The notes under the pieces: generated by a model | The model's input: the letters and a program-made list of their open reading frames with translations, nothing else | What the model was told of the DNA's origin: nothing | Databases searched by the model: none | From: Mobula hypostoma | Taxonomy: Eukaryota | Reading direction: 5' to 3' | Length of the DNA: 64,000 bases | Assembly (NCBI RefSeq): GCF_963921235.1 | Contig: NC_086108.1 | Coordinates: 18,910,001 to 18,974,000, forward strand | Program-made: the position numbers and the translations under genes | Shown here: piece by piece, positions 37,935 through 51,800 of the stretch | Layout: the number at the start of each line of letters is the position of its first letter | Numbering within the stretch: position 1 is the first letter of the stretch

Positions 37935-38745
37935 GTTACACCCATCCCTACACCTCCTCCCTCACTACCATTCAGGGCCCTAAACAGTCCTTCCAGATGA
38001 GGCAGTCCTTCTCATGATATCCATCAATGTCGTTTTATTGTATTTGGTGCTCCTGGTGTGGCCTTCTTTACACCGGTGAACACTCAAATTGGAGGATTGC
38101 TTTGTCTAGCACCTTCACTCCGTCTGCCATAACAGTCAGGATCTTCCATTGATCAGCCACTTTAATTCCACTTCTCATTCCTACACCAACATGTCTGCCC
38201 ATGTTTTCCTCTACTTCCAAATTGAGACTAGATGCTGTTTAGAGGAAAAGTGTTTTATATTCCACTTTGATAGTCTCCAACCTGACAACATGAGCATCAA
38301 TTTCTCTAACTTTTTTCCCTTATCCCATCCCAATGTCCCCCATCAACGCTTCTCTTTCCTCTTCTCCACTCTTTTAATCTGCCCATTATACCCACACATT
38401 CCTCCCTCCAAGTTCCCTCCTCACCTCTTTCCCTTCATTCCATGGTCCATTAACCTCCCCTATCAGATTCCATCTTCTTCACTCTTTGTCACTTCCACCT
38501 ATCACCTTTTGGTTCCTTATATCATTCCCACTCTCCCACCCATCACTCCCATCTCACCTGCACCCACCCATCATCATCAGCTCTTGCTCTATCCCTGCAC
38601 AGACCCACCCGCCCCCCACCATCACCACTTTTTTGTACTGGTTGTCTCCCTACAAGGAGCTGGAGGAACTCAACAGGCCAGGCAGCATTCATGGAAAGGA
38701 AATAGTCAACATTTTAGGCCGAGGCCTTTCACAAGGACTGGAAAG
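37935..38745 (+). mobile_element. Old Penelope-like GIY-YIG fragment with an inverted terminal piece
   Basis: SHFNSTSHS..NMS...LEEK.FIFHFDSLQPDNMSINFSNF; an inverted terminal repeat follows at ~38655-38745. Confidence 0.7.
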
Positions 38746-40164
38746 AAAGAGGGATGAAGCCAAATGGTTATGTCTCCTTGCTTGTTACTCTCCCACCATT
38801 GAAAGCATCGAACATCTGCCCCGCTGATTCCCTTTTGGATCTTATATATTTGAGTAAGATCATCCCTCATTCTTCTAATTGCATGGAATGCAGCTCCAAA
38901 TTATTTAGCCTCCCTTTTAGGACAACTCTCTAATTCCAACAATCAGCCTGGTGAATCTCTTTTGGACTGCCTCCACTATTACAATGTTTTTTTTAGGTAA
39001 GGTAACAGTGCACAGTATTCCAGGTGACACCTCACCAACACCCTGTAAAATTGTAACAAAACCACGCGTTTTAACATCCAACCCCTTTGCAATGAAGCCC
39101 AAAATGCCATTTGCTTTCTTAACTAAGCACACTTCAGGGCTTATACAAAGAGAATTCAGGGGGAAGTGGCCTTTATTTATTGGGAAAGGATGCATAGACT
39201 GGGGTTGTCTCCATAGTAAAGAAAAAGCCATGAGATGTTTGCAATTTTGATGCAGTTTGATGGAATAGATTTATTTGTGGGAGAGAGTAAACTAAGGTCA
39301 CAAACTTAAGAGAAGCGTTAGTTGAGACATGTACATCAGTGATTGAGGCAGATGTATTCATGGCAGAGGCAGGAACATAAACAACATTTAAATTTAGACA
39401 GGTACATGGAGAAGAAGGGTTTATAGGTACCTTGGCCAAATGCAGGCAAATTCAACCAGCCTAGGTGGGCATCTTGGGCATGCACCAGTTGGGCCGAAGG
39501 GCCTGTTTCTGTGCTGTATTACTCTATGACTGAGCCCCATAACTTCTGCCATAGTACACACCTTATGAACAAAAATCAACTGAGAATTTCAACTTCACTT
39601 TTTATTTGTATGGTTTGATGAAGGATTGGAATTTCTGTTGGCCTTTGTTCAGTCTCTATTCCCATTTTCTGTTCCTTAATTTCAATGGCAGAGCAAAGGG
39701 AATATTGGGTATATACATCATGTTTCAACATTTCTGTTGAAGCTGTGAGTCAGTGGGCAGGGCAGGGGGAATACTCACTTTCTTCCCTTCTTCCTACTTC
39801 CCTTCAACCATTCAGTTCTTGAACTATTCCACACTAATCACTGCCTTGGTATAGCAACACCACAGACACTTTGCACCACAATGAACTTGTTTTTGTTTTA
39901 ATGGTGTACATTCTTGTATAATTTGTTTTCTTGTAAATGTTTTGTCTCTAGTACGATGTGCCTGTGATGCTGCTGGAGGTAAGATTTTCATCGACAGTAC
40001 ATACACGGACTTATGGATATATCAATAAACAACCTTGATTTTGTCACTCCCTGCCCTTTCTAATGCATGAAAATATTATCAAGTAAAAGACATTCCAAAT
40101 ATAGTTTCATAAATGAATTAGAAGCAGTTGCCTCTTTTGATCATAAGAAGAAAGAGCGTGTATC

Positions 40165-40655
40165 ACAAGGATTCCCATTCCTGTTCTGACATGTCGGTCA
40201 CTGGCCTATTCTTGTGCCATGATGAGGCCACCCTCAAGGTGGAGGTGCAACACCTTATACTCTGTCTGAATAGCCTGAAGCCTGAAACCTGATGGCATGA
40301 ATATTGATTTTTCCTTAAAACAATTCCAGTAAAAAAAATTCCTTCGCCCTCCCTTCTATTCCCCACTCTGGCCTCTTACCTTTTCTCAGCTGCCTATCAC
40401 CTCCCACTGGTGCTCCTTCTCCTTCCCTTTCTCCTATCCTATCAGATTCCTTCCGCTCTAGCCCTTTACCTTTCTCACCCACCTGGCTTCACCGGTCATC
40501 TCCCAGCTATCCTCCTTCCCCTCTCCCACCTTTTCATTCTGTCGTCTTCCCCCTTCTTTTCCAGTCCTGAAGAAGGGCTGCAGACTGAATGTCAACTGTT
40601 TGTTCATTTTTATGGATGCTGCCTGAGCTGCTGAGTTCCTCTAGCATCTTGTGTG
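40165..40655 (+). mobile_element. Old Penelope-like 3' fragment with a degenerate hammerhead (cagtcctgaagaagg, ~40562)
   Basis: Similarity to 9250-9790. Confidence 0.7.
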
Positions 40656-42238
40656 TATATCACAAGGAAGGTGCCTGGCATAGATTCTTCAGTGAGGAAG
40701 CCAAGAACGGCAGACATTTTTGCAGCCAAAATTCATTTTGCTAACTTAAGTGGAAAGTTTCACCTGCAGAGCTCCATGTAAGGTTGGGAAGAATCCTTCA
40801 GAGGGTGTTGAATCTCTGGAATTCTCTACCCCAGAGAAAGTTGTGGAGGGTAGATCACTGATAATTAAAGAGGAAGTAAATAAGTTGTGGAAAGATCAGG
40901 GAATCAAGGGTGATGGGAAATTGGCACAGTGGAGGAGATGAGGCCTGGGGCAGAATAGCCATGATTATATCGAATGATAAGGCAGCCTTGAGGGAACTGA
41001 TAGATTTACTCCTGCTTCAATCTTCCCTAGTGATCAAATGCACAGCATCGAGGTTAAAGTACGAGCACCAGATCCATGGAGTGAAACGCAGGAAGAACCT
41101 TGTCATTCTGCAATCCAACCCAGTCACTAGCCCCACAAAAAAATAAACCAACGTTTGAGATTGATTCTGACTTTCTTATCAACTATAAGCATCGTCTGTT
41201 CAGTTTCTGCCACAGAATCTGAGGCAGAAGCAGCCAGTGGAGGGATGGTTTAGAAGTCTCGTCTCCACAAGCAGGTATTTCTCATGTAAACAGAGTCAGG
41301 ATTATTCCCCGTGTGTGTTACAGCCCCTTGCGTTGGGCTAAACAGGGGACCAGCTGTGTGTATAGCATTTATTCTATTGATGCAAAAGAACGCAAACATT
41401 AATTAAGTTGTCTTTGGAAGGCTCTCAATCTGGAGAGGAAAGGAGCCACTGATGCACTCGCTGAGTTAGTCAATCCTTCATGAAAAAGGAAAGCCAGTAC
41501 AAGATGCCATTGACTAACTCTCGACCCCCACTCTCCAAAATTAATAAAGACCTTGGTTCACAGACATCACTAAGAGGGAGCTGGGGCATTAGTGATCTGT
41601 AATTGGAAATTGTACTCCTCCCGGTAGTCCTTTGTTTACCCAGGATTGTCTCGTCATACTGGGTGAAAGCAGTGATTAAATCTTAGACTGCGGGATTAGA
41701 GGTGGCATATGGGTCTCCAGAGAGCCACCTCTCATCTCTTATATTCTCATAGAAAGTGGCTTTGAGGTACACTCTCTCGCACTTTTAAACCTTCTTTGTT
41801 ATTCTGCTTAGTTTAAATCAGAAGAGATGGGGGAAAGAATTAAAAGAAACGTGCGGACCTTAATGTGACTTTTAACAGAAGGGTGCGAAAGGCCGCAGCT
41901 CGGCTGTGCGGTACTCGAAGTTGAGCAGTGGGATCCTTTCACCACCAGACTGCCCTTTTGGTACATGAGTCCCTCTGCATTATGACTAGCAATATGCCAG
42001 CATTAATCAGGCTCTTCATTCAAACTGTATTTCCTGGTGATAGGCACACAACAGGTGGCCCACTGAGCACAACAATAGGCCCTTCAGCCCATCGATTCAA
42101 TGATGGAACATAGTCCATCAACTCTATTTACACTAATCCCATTTTCTTCTTCCTTACATTCACATCAATCACCTGAAAATTTTTCCACTACCTGCACTGC
42201 ATCTTCTCTGCAACTGTAACACTATACTTTGCATTGTT

Positions 42239-42353
42239 TAAAAACGCAAACACGAGGAATTCTGCAGATGCTGGAAATTCAAGCAACACACATCAAAGTT
42301 GCTGGTGAACACAGCAGGCCAGGCAGTATCTCCAGGAAGAGGTACAGTCGACG
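42239..42353 (-). mobile_element. Penelope-derived mini-insert beginning 4 nt upstream of the predicted hammerhead cleavage site
   Basis: Matches 7381-7485. TSD tac(t/c)ttgcattgtt at 42225-42238 and 42354-42367. Confidence 0.8.
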
Positions 42354-43749
42354 TACCTTGCATTGTTATTGTTTTTCCCTTGTACGATTGTTATTCCATT
42401 TTCCAAGGGTAATGAAATGATCTGTATGGATGGCAGGCAAAAACTGTTTTTCACTTTACCTCGGTACATGTGACAATAATAAACCAAATTACAGAATTCT
42501 ACAGTGCAGAGGATAGCTCAGTGTCTGTAGCGGGGCTGGAAGCAAAGTTCAAAAGGAGTTGTACAGACAATTCAGAGAGGAATTGACAGGGCTAGAGGGG
42601 ATGAGTCTACTGTGCCATAACAGTTTAATTTCTCTACAATAAAAGAAATCACTATAACATAAATGCTCCAAATCTATTGCATCTCCTCTTTCTGACACAC
42701 GCACTATAACCAGATTTATCCCCACACATTAGTTCCATAATGGCAATTGCTGCTAAAATCTTTGACTAGAGAAGGACAGTAGGTAAGCCAATTATGAGAA
42801 AACTTTAGAGAACCTGTTTACCAACAAACTAGTTTCAACATTACAACAGGAACTTCATTACTGCAGGACATTATTAGTTATAATAATGTCCTCCCAGACA
42901 TCCTTGATTATGGAAAGCTCCTGAAAATCTCAAAATACAAGGCTTGCTTTTATCTTATTCTTAAAGTTGACAATTCCCAAAGCCCTCAGGTTCAGTGAGC
43001 CCTGGAGTGGAGGGGTTTGACGTAAGGGAGTTGCAGGTTTCTCTTCCCCCTTATAGTGCCTAAGAATAGAGAATATTGAGGAGGGAATACTAACACAGAA
43101 ATTAAAGATGGATGAGTGCAATTGGGTGATCAATGGTCAGTACAGACTTGGGCGGGGGGACTGTAGGGTTTCTTTACATATTGTACTTCCCTATGGCTAA
43201 GTCTATGAATGGTTTGCCTGTAAGCAGCTTCAGAAAAAGATAGTGCAGCCTTATTATGATTCACAGGTGAACCTCCTTGCCACCAGTATAGTACAGCAGA
43301 AGGGTGAGCTACTGTGAAGGAGAACCAGGTGATTGCTTCCAACTGTAAAACAACCAGCCAGTGAAAGACAGGCCTACTGCTTTCCCTGAAATAAGGATTG
43401 GTGAGGAATTGCTGACATTGTGTCATCCTTTCAAATGTATTTTTTCCCGAGATGTGAGTGTGGAGCCACATCCAGAACAAATATGGGTTCTGGCATTCCA
43501 CTGCACTGCTGTGATTTGGAGTCATATATAAGGACTCAGAAGGCTTTCACATGAACCCAGCAGTGAGCTGGCCAAGTCTAGTTGGAACTGTAGCTGGAGA
43601 CTGCATGACATGACTTCCAGCCTCTAACTTTTTTGCATAGCCCTTTTAACGTTTTAAATAATAAGCTGAAGTATTCATAGAAACAGGGTAAACATCAGTA
43701 CTATTGTTTAAGTTAAGTTTCCTGCTTGTGTGCTGGCAGTGACAATGTA

Positions 43750-44385
43750 CTGGGCTGCCCTGTTCCAACCACATGGACACCATAGCCAAGAAAGTACCTC
43801 TACTTCTCAGGAACCTTAAGAAATTCAGTGTATCCCCACTGAGACTTGCCATTTTTTTAAATAGATGTGTCTCAGTAAACATCCCCTTCAGGTGCATCAC
43901 TGCTTGGAATGGTAACTGCTCTGCCTGAGGCTGCAAGAATCTGCAGAAGGTTGTGGACACAGCTCAGCACATTACTAAAAGCAGCCTCTGCTCCATGAAC
44001 ACTGTCTATATTTCTAACTGCCTCAGTAAGACAGCTAACATAATCAAAGACTCCTCCCACCCTGGACATTCTTACTGCTCCTTTCTCCCATCAGGCACAA
44101 AATGCTATCACGTATCACCAGCTTCAAGAACAGCTTCTATTTCGCTGTTATAAGACTATTAAATGTACCATTTGTACAATAAGATGGATTCATGACTTCA
44201 CCATCCACCTCGTTGTTGCTTTTATTGTCTGCTTGTATTGCACTTTCTCCGACATTATGCACTTTATTATTGCTTTTCCTTTGCACAATCTCACAACCGA
44301 TGTGAGGAATGATCTGTCTGGATGGCATGCAAAACAACGTTTTTCTCTCTATCTCGGTATATGTGGCAAGAATAAAACAAGTTGT
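43750..44385 (+). mobile_element. Old Rex/Babar-like LINE 3' fragment
   Basis: Degenerate LYFLRNLKKF / GCITAW.GNCS / NIIKD.SHPG segments; ends aataaa. Confidence 0.6.
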
Positions 44386-45625
44386 TCTACAGACTAACCT
44401 AAGACTCCTCAAGACCACAGGGTAATCCGAGTGGGTTGGGAACTTAAAGCAAAGCACGTGAAGTTGTGATGTTCTGTACGCTTTTACCAGGAGCCTTCTT
44501 CCATCCCCTTCAGACAACTTTTCCATCCCCTTCAGACAATTCTTCCATCCCTTTCAGACAGCTCTTCTTTCCCTTTTAACACAACACATTCTCCATTATA
44601 CCGATCTGTGTTAATCAAACCTAGAAATTGGTAGCTGAAGATCTCATCGGGGCAGAATATTGACTTTTTTGTAAATAAAATGGCAAAAACCAGTCCTATC
44701 TTATTTTTTCACTGGAGATTAAAGAGTCCCCTGAGCTCTTCAAGTGTCTTTGCGAATATTTTGATAAAATAGTGTTCCATGGTGAAACACATGCAAGAAT
44801 CAGACAGAACAGATACAAAAACTATGATGCTTAGCCGAAGAGCTTGATGAAAAGGCAACTTTCAGAAAAAAAGAGGAACTCCCAAAGGAAGCCGAAGGCA
44901 CAGCCACTCATGCAGAGCAATAAATACTAGGGATGTGTCAGGGGCCAGGATCAGAGGAACAGCGAGTCCTCCTTCATTGTTAGGGCTATAGGCAGTTAGT
45001 TGGTTGGTGAAGTAGTGGATTGACGATCTGAAACAGGACTTAGATATTCCACATTAAACTGTGTTTATGACTCCAGAGGGAATGGGCAAATGGGACAGTG
45101 CAGGTTAGGAGGTGGAGAGCATGTTTTTGATGATATTTACTTTATGGAGAGTGGAAGATAACATTGCAATTCAACAGCATCTCATGAGACCAAATGTAGC
45201 AATAGGTCTCTTGTGCAAGAGCTCCACCTCCTTGTAATCAATACCTCCATCAAGATAATTTCTTCAAAGTCAGCACAAAATATTTAAAAGAAACAATTTT
45301 TTTTCAACCACCACCTGAGTTAACTCCATGTTAATTCCTGCCAATCATTATGCCTTCTTCATGTAATGCAATACCACCACAGAAAAGGCAAGTCTTTCTT
45401 CAAAGAGTGAAACTGGTCCTTAGTCAAATTTGAAGGGTGAGTGTCCCATTGAAAAGAAAATGCTGAGGGGATTTTCCAGGCAGGTTGTGTGTCCATACCA
45501 GCAGTGGAAGTCAGCACATTCCTAGTCACCAAAGACAGTCCGATGCCTCCCTTCAGGGACTGCTGTTGGTGCCTAGAAGCCTTGAAAGGAAGGAAGAGGG
45601 GGAGGGGGGAAGAGGGGCAGTCAGT

Positions 45626-45626
<1 letters not shown>

Positions 45627-45659
<33 letters not shown>

Positions 45660-45660
45660 G
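45627..45660. repeat. (GA)n microsatellite in a purine-rich tract
   Basis: About 12 GA units directly visible. Confidence 0.9.
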
Positions 45661-46254
45661 GAAGGGAGAGAATAAAAGGTCAGGAGGAAGGAAGGAACAA
45701 AAGAGGGAAGGCAGAAGATTGATTTACATACATTAACATACAGCGACCTCATAAATTGTTAAGTCTTTTTTTATAGCCAGTGAAGTATTTATTCAGTGCA
45801 ATGGCTAGGACTGGGCTGGCCAATTTACCCTTGGCCAGCTTGAACAATTGTCCATTTTGGAGATGTTGACTGAGAGAAGAATATTCCCTGGGGCGCTAGG
45901 TGAAGTTTCCCTAACCTGCCATAGGAAGTATTTCACCCTGAGAATGCAGATGGACCTCAGCAGGGCAAGAGCTCTTCAGGTACTTCAGGCAATGTAGTCC
46001 TCTTCCTACTAAAACCATTAGCCAGAGTTAAATCCTTAAAGCTGTGTGTTTCTTCAACCTATGAGCATCTACCTCAGGGGAGAAAGTGCTGCCAACTAAG
46101 ACAGACACTGAGAAACGATAGAAACCTTTTGAAAGATGGTTGCATCTGTAACCAAGCCTCGATATGGTACAATAGAGACAATCATGTGCCGTGAACTCCA
46201 GAATGAAAGGAGTCACCATCTCCAGAAAACTCCCCGACTCTGGTGAGTCTAGAG

Positions 46255-46334
46255 CTGGGGTTCCTAACCTGGGGTCCACAGACCCCTCAGTTAATGGTAG
46301 GGGTCCATGGCTTAAAAAAGGTTGGGAACCCCTA
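46255..46334. mobile_element. 80-bp hAT (Charlie-like) MITE
   Basis: Imperfect TIRs ctggggttcctaacct / aggttgggaaccccta. 8-bp TSD (g/a)tctagag at 46247-46254 and 46335-46342. Confidence 0.82.
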
Positions 46335-48054
46335 ATCTAGAGGTTTGTCCTTGTATTGTACTTTGAAACTCAAGTAGCTTGCCCTGAATCTGCTTCACTT
46401 TGCAACACCTCCAAAGGCAGAGGGGACTCGCCTTCACAGCTGTGTCAGGCTCTGCTTTGGTACCAGGCAACTGACTGAAATCAAGCATTCTCAGTCATGA
46501 AAGTCTGCAGGTTAATGCAAAGGAGCAATTGAATCATACACCATTGTGCATTCAATTTCACTGCTCCCCCATCTGCCCACACCACTGCACTATTCCAAAC
46601 CCTGAATCCTGCAACAGACTGCTTGGTAGTTGATATACTGAGAGATGCCCTTATCTGGTCTACCAATATCCTTTGGAAGAGAACAACTGCTGTGCCTACC
46701 CGCTCTGCCTTACAATTGATTCCCAAATCATCAGTGTGGCACAGACTCAGTTCTGGCCTCCAATATGTGGACTCTGCAAGTTCTCCCTGTCCCTGAGAGG
46801 GTTTTCTCCGGGTGCTCCAAATGTATGGTAACTGCCTACTGAGAATTGTCCCAGTGTAATTAGCTGGAAGCAGATCAGCTGATGGGTATGTGAGAGAGAA
46901 TAGATCCCAAGGAGCAATGGCACAGATGGAATTACTCTGCATGTGAGAGGTGGCGTGAACAGCCTCCTTCTGTAACAGAATCAGAGAATGCCAGAAAAAC
47001 ATTCAGCAAGTCAGGCAGCATCTGCAAAGAAAGAAGTAATTAGCTTTTCAGCTCAGAAACCCTTGAACAACATGATGTAACAACTGCTAAAATGGTCAAG
47101 AAAAGGGCAACGGAGGATGGGCATGAAGTGCTGCCTTTTGTCAGAAGTATCAGTAAAAGTAATAGATAGAAGAAGTTCTCCTTCTCCCACCATTGACAAC
47201 ATCTACAGGAGGAAGATGTCCATAGGAAGGCAGCACCTATCATCAATAATCCTCACCATCTAGGTAATACTCTCTTCTGACTGCCACCGTCAGGCAGTAA
47301 GTACAGAAACCTGATGTCTCACATCACCAGGTTCACAAGCAGCTACATTCCTACCACCGACCTGGTTCTCAAACTGACCTGCACAACCCTAATCTTACTT
47401 CAGCATCAGAGCACCATGGCCACCTCTTGCTCTATCCTGGACTTGTCTCTGATTGTGGATTTTTGCATTAAGTTCATGTTTGTCTTGATTTGTCTCAGGT
47501 TTTCACATTCCCCTTCTCACAATTGCTCCATCTTCCTCTCAGTACTCTCTCTCTGTCTGCCTTCATCGAGCATTCACCTGCCACTGTCTCCCAACTGCAT
47601 TCCCTCTTCCTCCCTTAACTGGCACCACCTGCCTGGTATCTTACAGCCCTCCTCAGTCCAACAATCGCCTTGGGCCACTGCCCTTCTTTATACTGGCCAT
47701 CTTCCACCCCACTGTCAGTCCTGATGCAAGGTTTTGACTTAAGACATTGACAATTCCTTTCCTGCCCACAGATGCTGCTCGACCTACTGGGTGCTCCAGC
47801 AGATTGCTAATAGCTCTGGGTTTGCAGTCTTCCTTCTTCTACATTTTCTCGTATCATTTTGTGTTTTGTGTGTTTTCTATACCTATGCGCCTCTGATGCA
47901 GTGACAAGCAAGGTTTTCATGGTACCTGAACCTCACCATACTGTGAACATGACAATAAACCTGGCTTCACATTCACCTCTCCTCATCCCACTTTCTCAGC
48001 AAACATGCCCCCCCACCCACCCCCAACAACTGCACAACCAGCTGAGTGGATTAC

Positions 48055-48287
48055 CTGAGTCCGAGGCGGCCGGACTGACCAGGCTCAGGAGCTCCCGTTC
48101 CTTCTCATAGTCACTCTTGCAGAGCAGTTGGCCCTCCTTCAGCACAAACTCGTCTCCCTTGCGCAGCTGGCGCTCGCACACACAGCAGCAGAAGCAGTGC
48201 AGGTGGTAGACGCTCTTCTGGGCACGCATTACGAACTCGGTGGGGGCAATGGTCTCCATGCAGCCACTGCACTTGGCTGCAAAAAGC
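48055..48287 (-). CDS. LMX1A: Internal coding exon (233 bp) of LIM homeobox transcription factor 1-alpha, encoding the second LIM domain
   Basis: Translates [77 protein letters not shown](G), a C2HC/C3D LIM zinc finger. The 'RAQKSVYHL' and '[14 protein letters not shown]' segments match LMX1A rather than LMX1B as I recall them. Canonical acceptor cacag|G at 48288/48287 and donor CAG|gtaatc at 48055/48054. Length is 1 + 77 codons + 1. Confidence 0.93.
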
Positions 48288-48599
48288 CTGTGGACCCAAG
48301 GACAAGAACCTGTTGAACATGGAGCCTTTGGTGGAGATAACATTCGCAACACAGTGCAACTCCATATTTCTGTATGTTTTGCCTTCTGACTTTTTGGGTA
48401 TTCCCTCATTTCCCGCTTGGGGCCATTCTTACACCTGCTTCTGGTCTGGCAGCTGGGACAGGCAAGACAGCTTGGCCCCCTTACCCGATCCCCAACCTCT
48501 GAGGGAGACCTCTCTACCATCACCATCTGACCACATACACAGACTGCTGATGGCAACTCGAACAACAGAATGGACAAAGACTTAAACCTCAACACAGTT

Positions 48600-48870
48600 T
48601 TTTTGTGTATTGAGATACAGCACAGAATAGGCCCTTCTGTCCTTTTAAGCCGCGCAATCCTGCAACCCCCGATTTAACCCTAGCCTAATCATAGGACATT
48701 TTACAATGACCAGTTAATTTACCAAGTAGTACGTCTTTGGACTGTGGGAGGAAACTGAAGAACCTGGAGGAAATTCATGCGGTCATGGGGAGAATATATA
48801 GACAGTGGCAGGAATTGAACCTGGGTTGCTGGTACTATGAAACGTGTGCTAACCACTACGCTACCCTGCT
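48600..48870 (-). mobile_element. tRNA-derived SINE (V-SINE/HE1-like)
   Basis: Reverse A box and B box (ggaattgaacctggg; gtgctaaccactacgctacc). Related copy at 53315-53580. Confidence 0.7.
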
Positions 48871-51800
48871 GCATTTATTTGCATTTGTACCAACAATCCT
48901 CATTTAAGAATTATGAATAGAGGGAGCTTCAGACCCTCCAGCCTGCTCTTGATCACGGCTGATCTTTTATAGTACCTCAGTGTAACTTTCCTGTACCATT
49001 CCCTCACCTTTCATTTCACTTACTGTCTATATCTCTGTTTGAAATGGAATTGTATAAGGCATTCGTGTGACCTCACTAAGAATATTGTGTACAGTTTTAG
49101 TCACTCTGGAAGGTTAGCATTAAGCTGGAAAGAGCACAGAGAAGATTTGCAAGGATGTTGTCAGAACTCGAGGGCCTGAGTTATAGGGACAAGTTGGGTA
49201 GGCTGTGATTTTATTCCTTAGAATGTAGCAGATCTTAAGGAGGTACATAAAATGATGAGGGATAAATTATGGTGAATGCACAGTCTTTTTCCCAGACAAA
49301 GGGAATTAAAACTAGTGGGCATAGGTTTAAGTTGAGCAGGGGGGTGGGGGAAGATTTAAAAGGGAGCTGAGCCAAGTAGAAGGTCGTCCACATAAGGAAT
49401 GAGCTGCCAGAGGGGTAGATGAGGCAGGTACAATAACAACTTTTAAAAGACATTTGAATAAGTACATGGATATGAGGGGTTTGGAAGGATGTGGGCCAAA
49501 CACAGGATAATGGAACTAGCTTGGCGGTCACCATGGTTGGCACTGACTAGCGAGCTGAAGGGGCTTTTTCTGTGCTGTCTTCCTCTATGAATCTCTGACA
49601 GAATCGTCCATGACCATATAGAGAATTCCAGCAGTTCATTCCCATTTCTCCCCAACTCAGTTCTAAATGGCCAACCTTATTTGAAGATCTTAAACTCGAG
49701 TTTTGGACTTTGCAGCCAGGGGAAGATTCTGCCTGAATCTACACTGTGGAGATCGCCTCTCACCCTTAACAATCCCAGTCTATCTCTTCAGAGATGAAAA
49801 CAGACTGGTAAACAATCACTGCGCCCCCTCCTATACCAGCTAAAGAGGTTAAATTGCCCACAGCATTGTGGGCACACTGTCCCAAGGTTACACTACTATC
49901 ATCAGGTCTGCCACTATGAGAAGGACCTGTTTCAGGCAGGGTGTGCCAAAGGCAATTGACACTATCTCTTGATGCCAAGACAGTATCAATATCCATCCAA
50001 CTCTGTCTGCAATTTTGCAATGAGGTTTAGTAACGGAGAACTCCAATCCACTTCCTTCAAAGTCAAGGAGCAGCAAAGTGCATCATAGCCACACCACATC
50101 AATAAATGAAATATATCACCTGCAGATATCACAACAGAAAATACCATTACACACCCATGATATCCTGCTGTTACCTAGTGGGATTAGTAATAGATTGTAT
50201 CAGTGGATATTCATAGAGTTTTACAGGGCTTTTACCCTGAATACCACTACATCAACATTATTATTGTGTGTCGTGTCAATAGCACCACACTAACCCCATT
50301 TAACTTTCCCCTCATTCCCATAAGCTCCCCCCAGACTGTGCACACCAGTGTTAACTTACAGCAGATAATTAACCAACCCATGCACCTTTGGGATCTGGGA
50401 GGATGCTAGAGGACATGCAGGGGAGGGGATACCTACATCTTCACAAGGAAATCGTGCAAACTCCACACAGACAGCACCAAAGCTCAGAAATGAGCCCCGG
50501 TCACTGGAACTGTGAGTCACAGGAGTGCTGGGTGATGGTAACATTAACTGTGGTTTCACCAACTCGCCAGAATGTACAGGTCCAACTACATTCAGGTAAG
50601 AAGCCATGATGGGTGGGGGCAGGGTTAAGAGGCTGCACTCATCAGGTGTGTGACCAGTAAAGGGAAGGGCTGTGGAGACTGGCTGTCACATCTGGGGGTT
50701 TTAGGGGTGTTATGAGGTGGACTGAGTGGATGAGGGGCTTATGGGGAACAATGAGTAGAGGAGAGCAGCTCATTTACCCCAGCAGAAACTCAGTCCCACA
50801 TTGCAGTGTGTCCAGCAATGGTCTCTCCCAGATTAGCACCAGAAAAGAGGGCAGGAGTAGGCCATTTGGCCCCTCAAACCTGTCCCACTATTTACAGCTG
50901 ATGTGCCCCAGGCCTCATCTTGCATACCATCTTGGACAATGTCTCCCATCCACTACATAGTGTACTGGTTGCGCACAGGAGTACATTTAGCCAGAGTCTC
51001 ATTCCACTGGGATGCAACACAGAGCGTCATAGGAAGTCATTCCTGCTTGTGACCATCAAACTTTACAACTCCTCCCTTGGAGGGTCAGAACCCTGAGCCA
51101 ATAGGCTGGTCCTGGACTTATTTCCTGGCATAATTTACATATTACTATTTAATTATTTATTATTTTGTTATTATTTAATTATTTATGGTGCAACTGTAAC
51201 GAAAACCAATTTTCCCCGGGATCAATAAAGTATGACTATGACTATCTTCACTGGTGGCAGTTCCCCAAAGCCCTCAGTGCCTAATTTTTCCAAGCTTGAT
51301 CACGCCCTCTTTAAACATCCCAAATGTTCATTCATCTGGGGTAGCGAGTCCAGTAGATTCATCACCCTCTGGACATCTATTGCATATGCCTTCCCATTAT
51401 CTTGTAAATATGTCCCCACCAATCCCCACTAACACTCACCCTCCCCCCGACAACCCTTCAGGAGAAGGGGAAATGGTGAACAGTTGTTAAACTGGCATGG
51501 GAATCCTGTCAGACATATGTCAGGGACTCACTAGGAAGTGACAATCAATTTTCCAGGAAAAGCTGCCACAACATTTCCTGCCATGGTAGGCACATCTGCA
51601 AACACAAAGCACTGGACTACACATCTCAGCACAGGCTACAGTGGCTCAGCTCTGGGGTCACGTTTCCAGGACGGGGAACAGGGTACAGGCTACCGGAGAG
51701 AGGCAGCCTCAAAGCTAAGTTTTAACATCCTTATTAAATTGCTCCATTCCCTTTTCTAATTAAAGAGGTAGAATGTGTCTTCTGATGTTAGGTTGCAAGT

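Noticed and set aside
41870..41935. Possible small exon or HDV-like ribozyme in a GC-rich stretch
   Set aside because: No convincing splice sites or LMX1A similarity, and I could not build the nested double pseudoknot.
42345..42353. Insert starting exactly at the hammerhead cleavage site
   Set aside because: It retains 4 nt (cgtc) upstream of the predicted site, so exact cleavage-defined 5' ends are not supported.
47996..48595. 199-aa ORF as a complete gene
   Set aside because: Only 48055-48287 is LIM-like and bounded by splice sites; the rest is intronic read-through.
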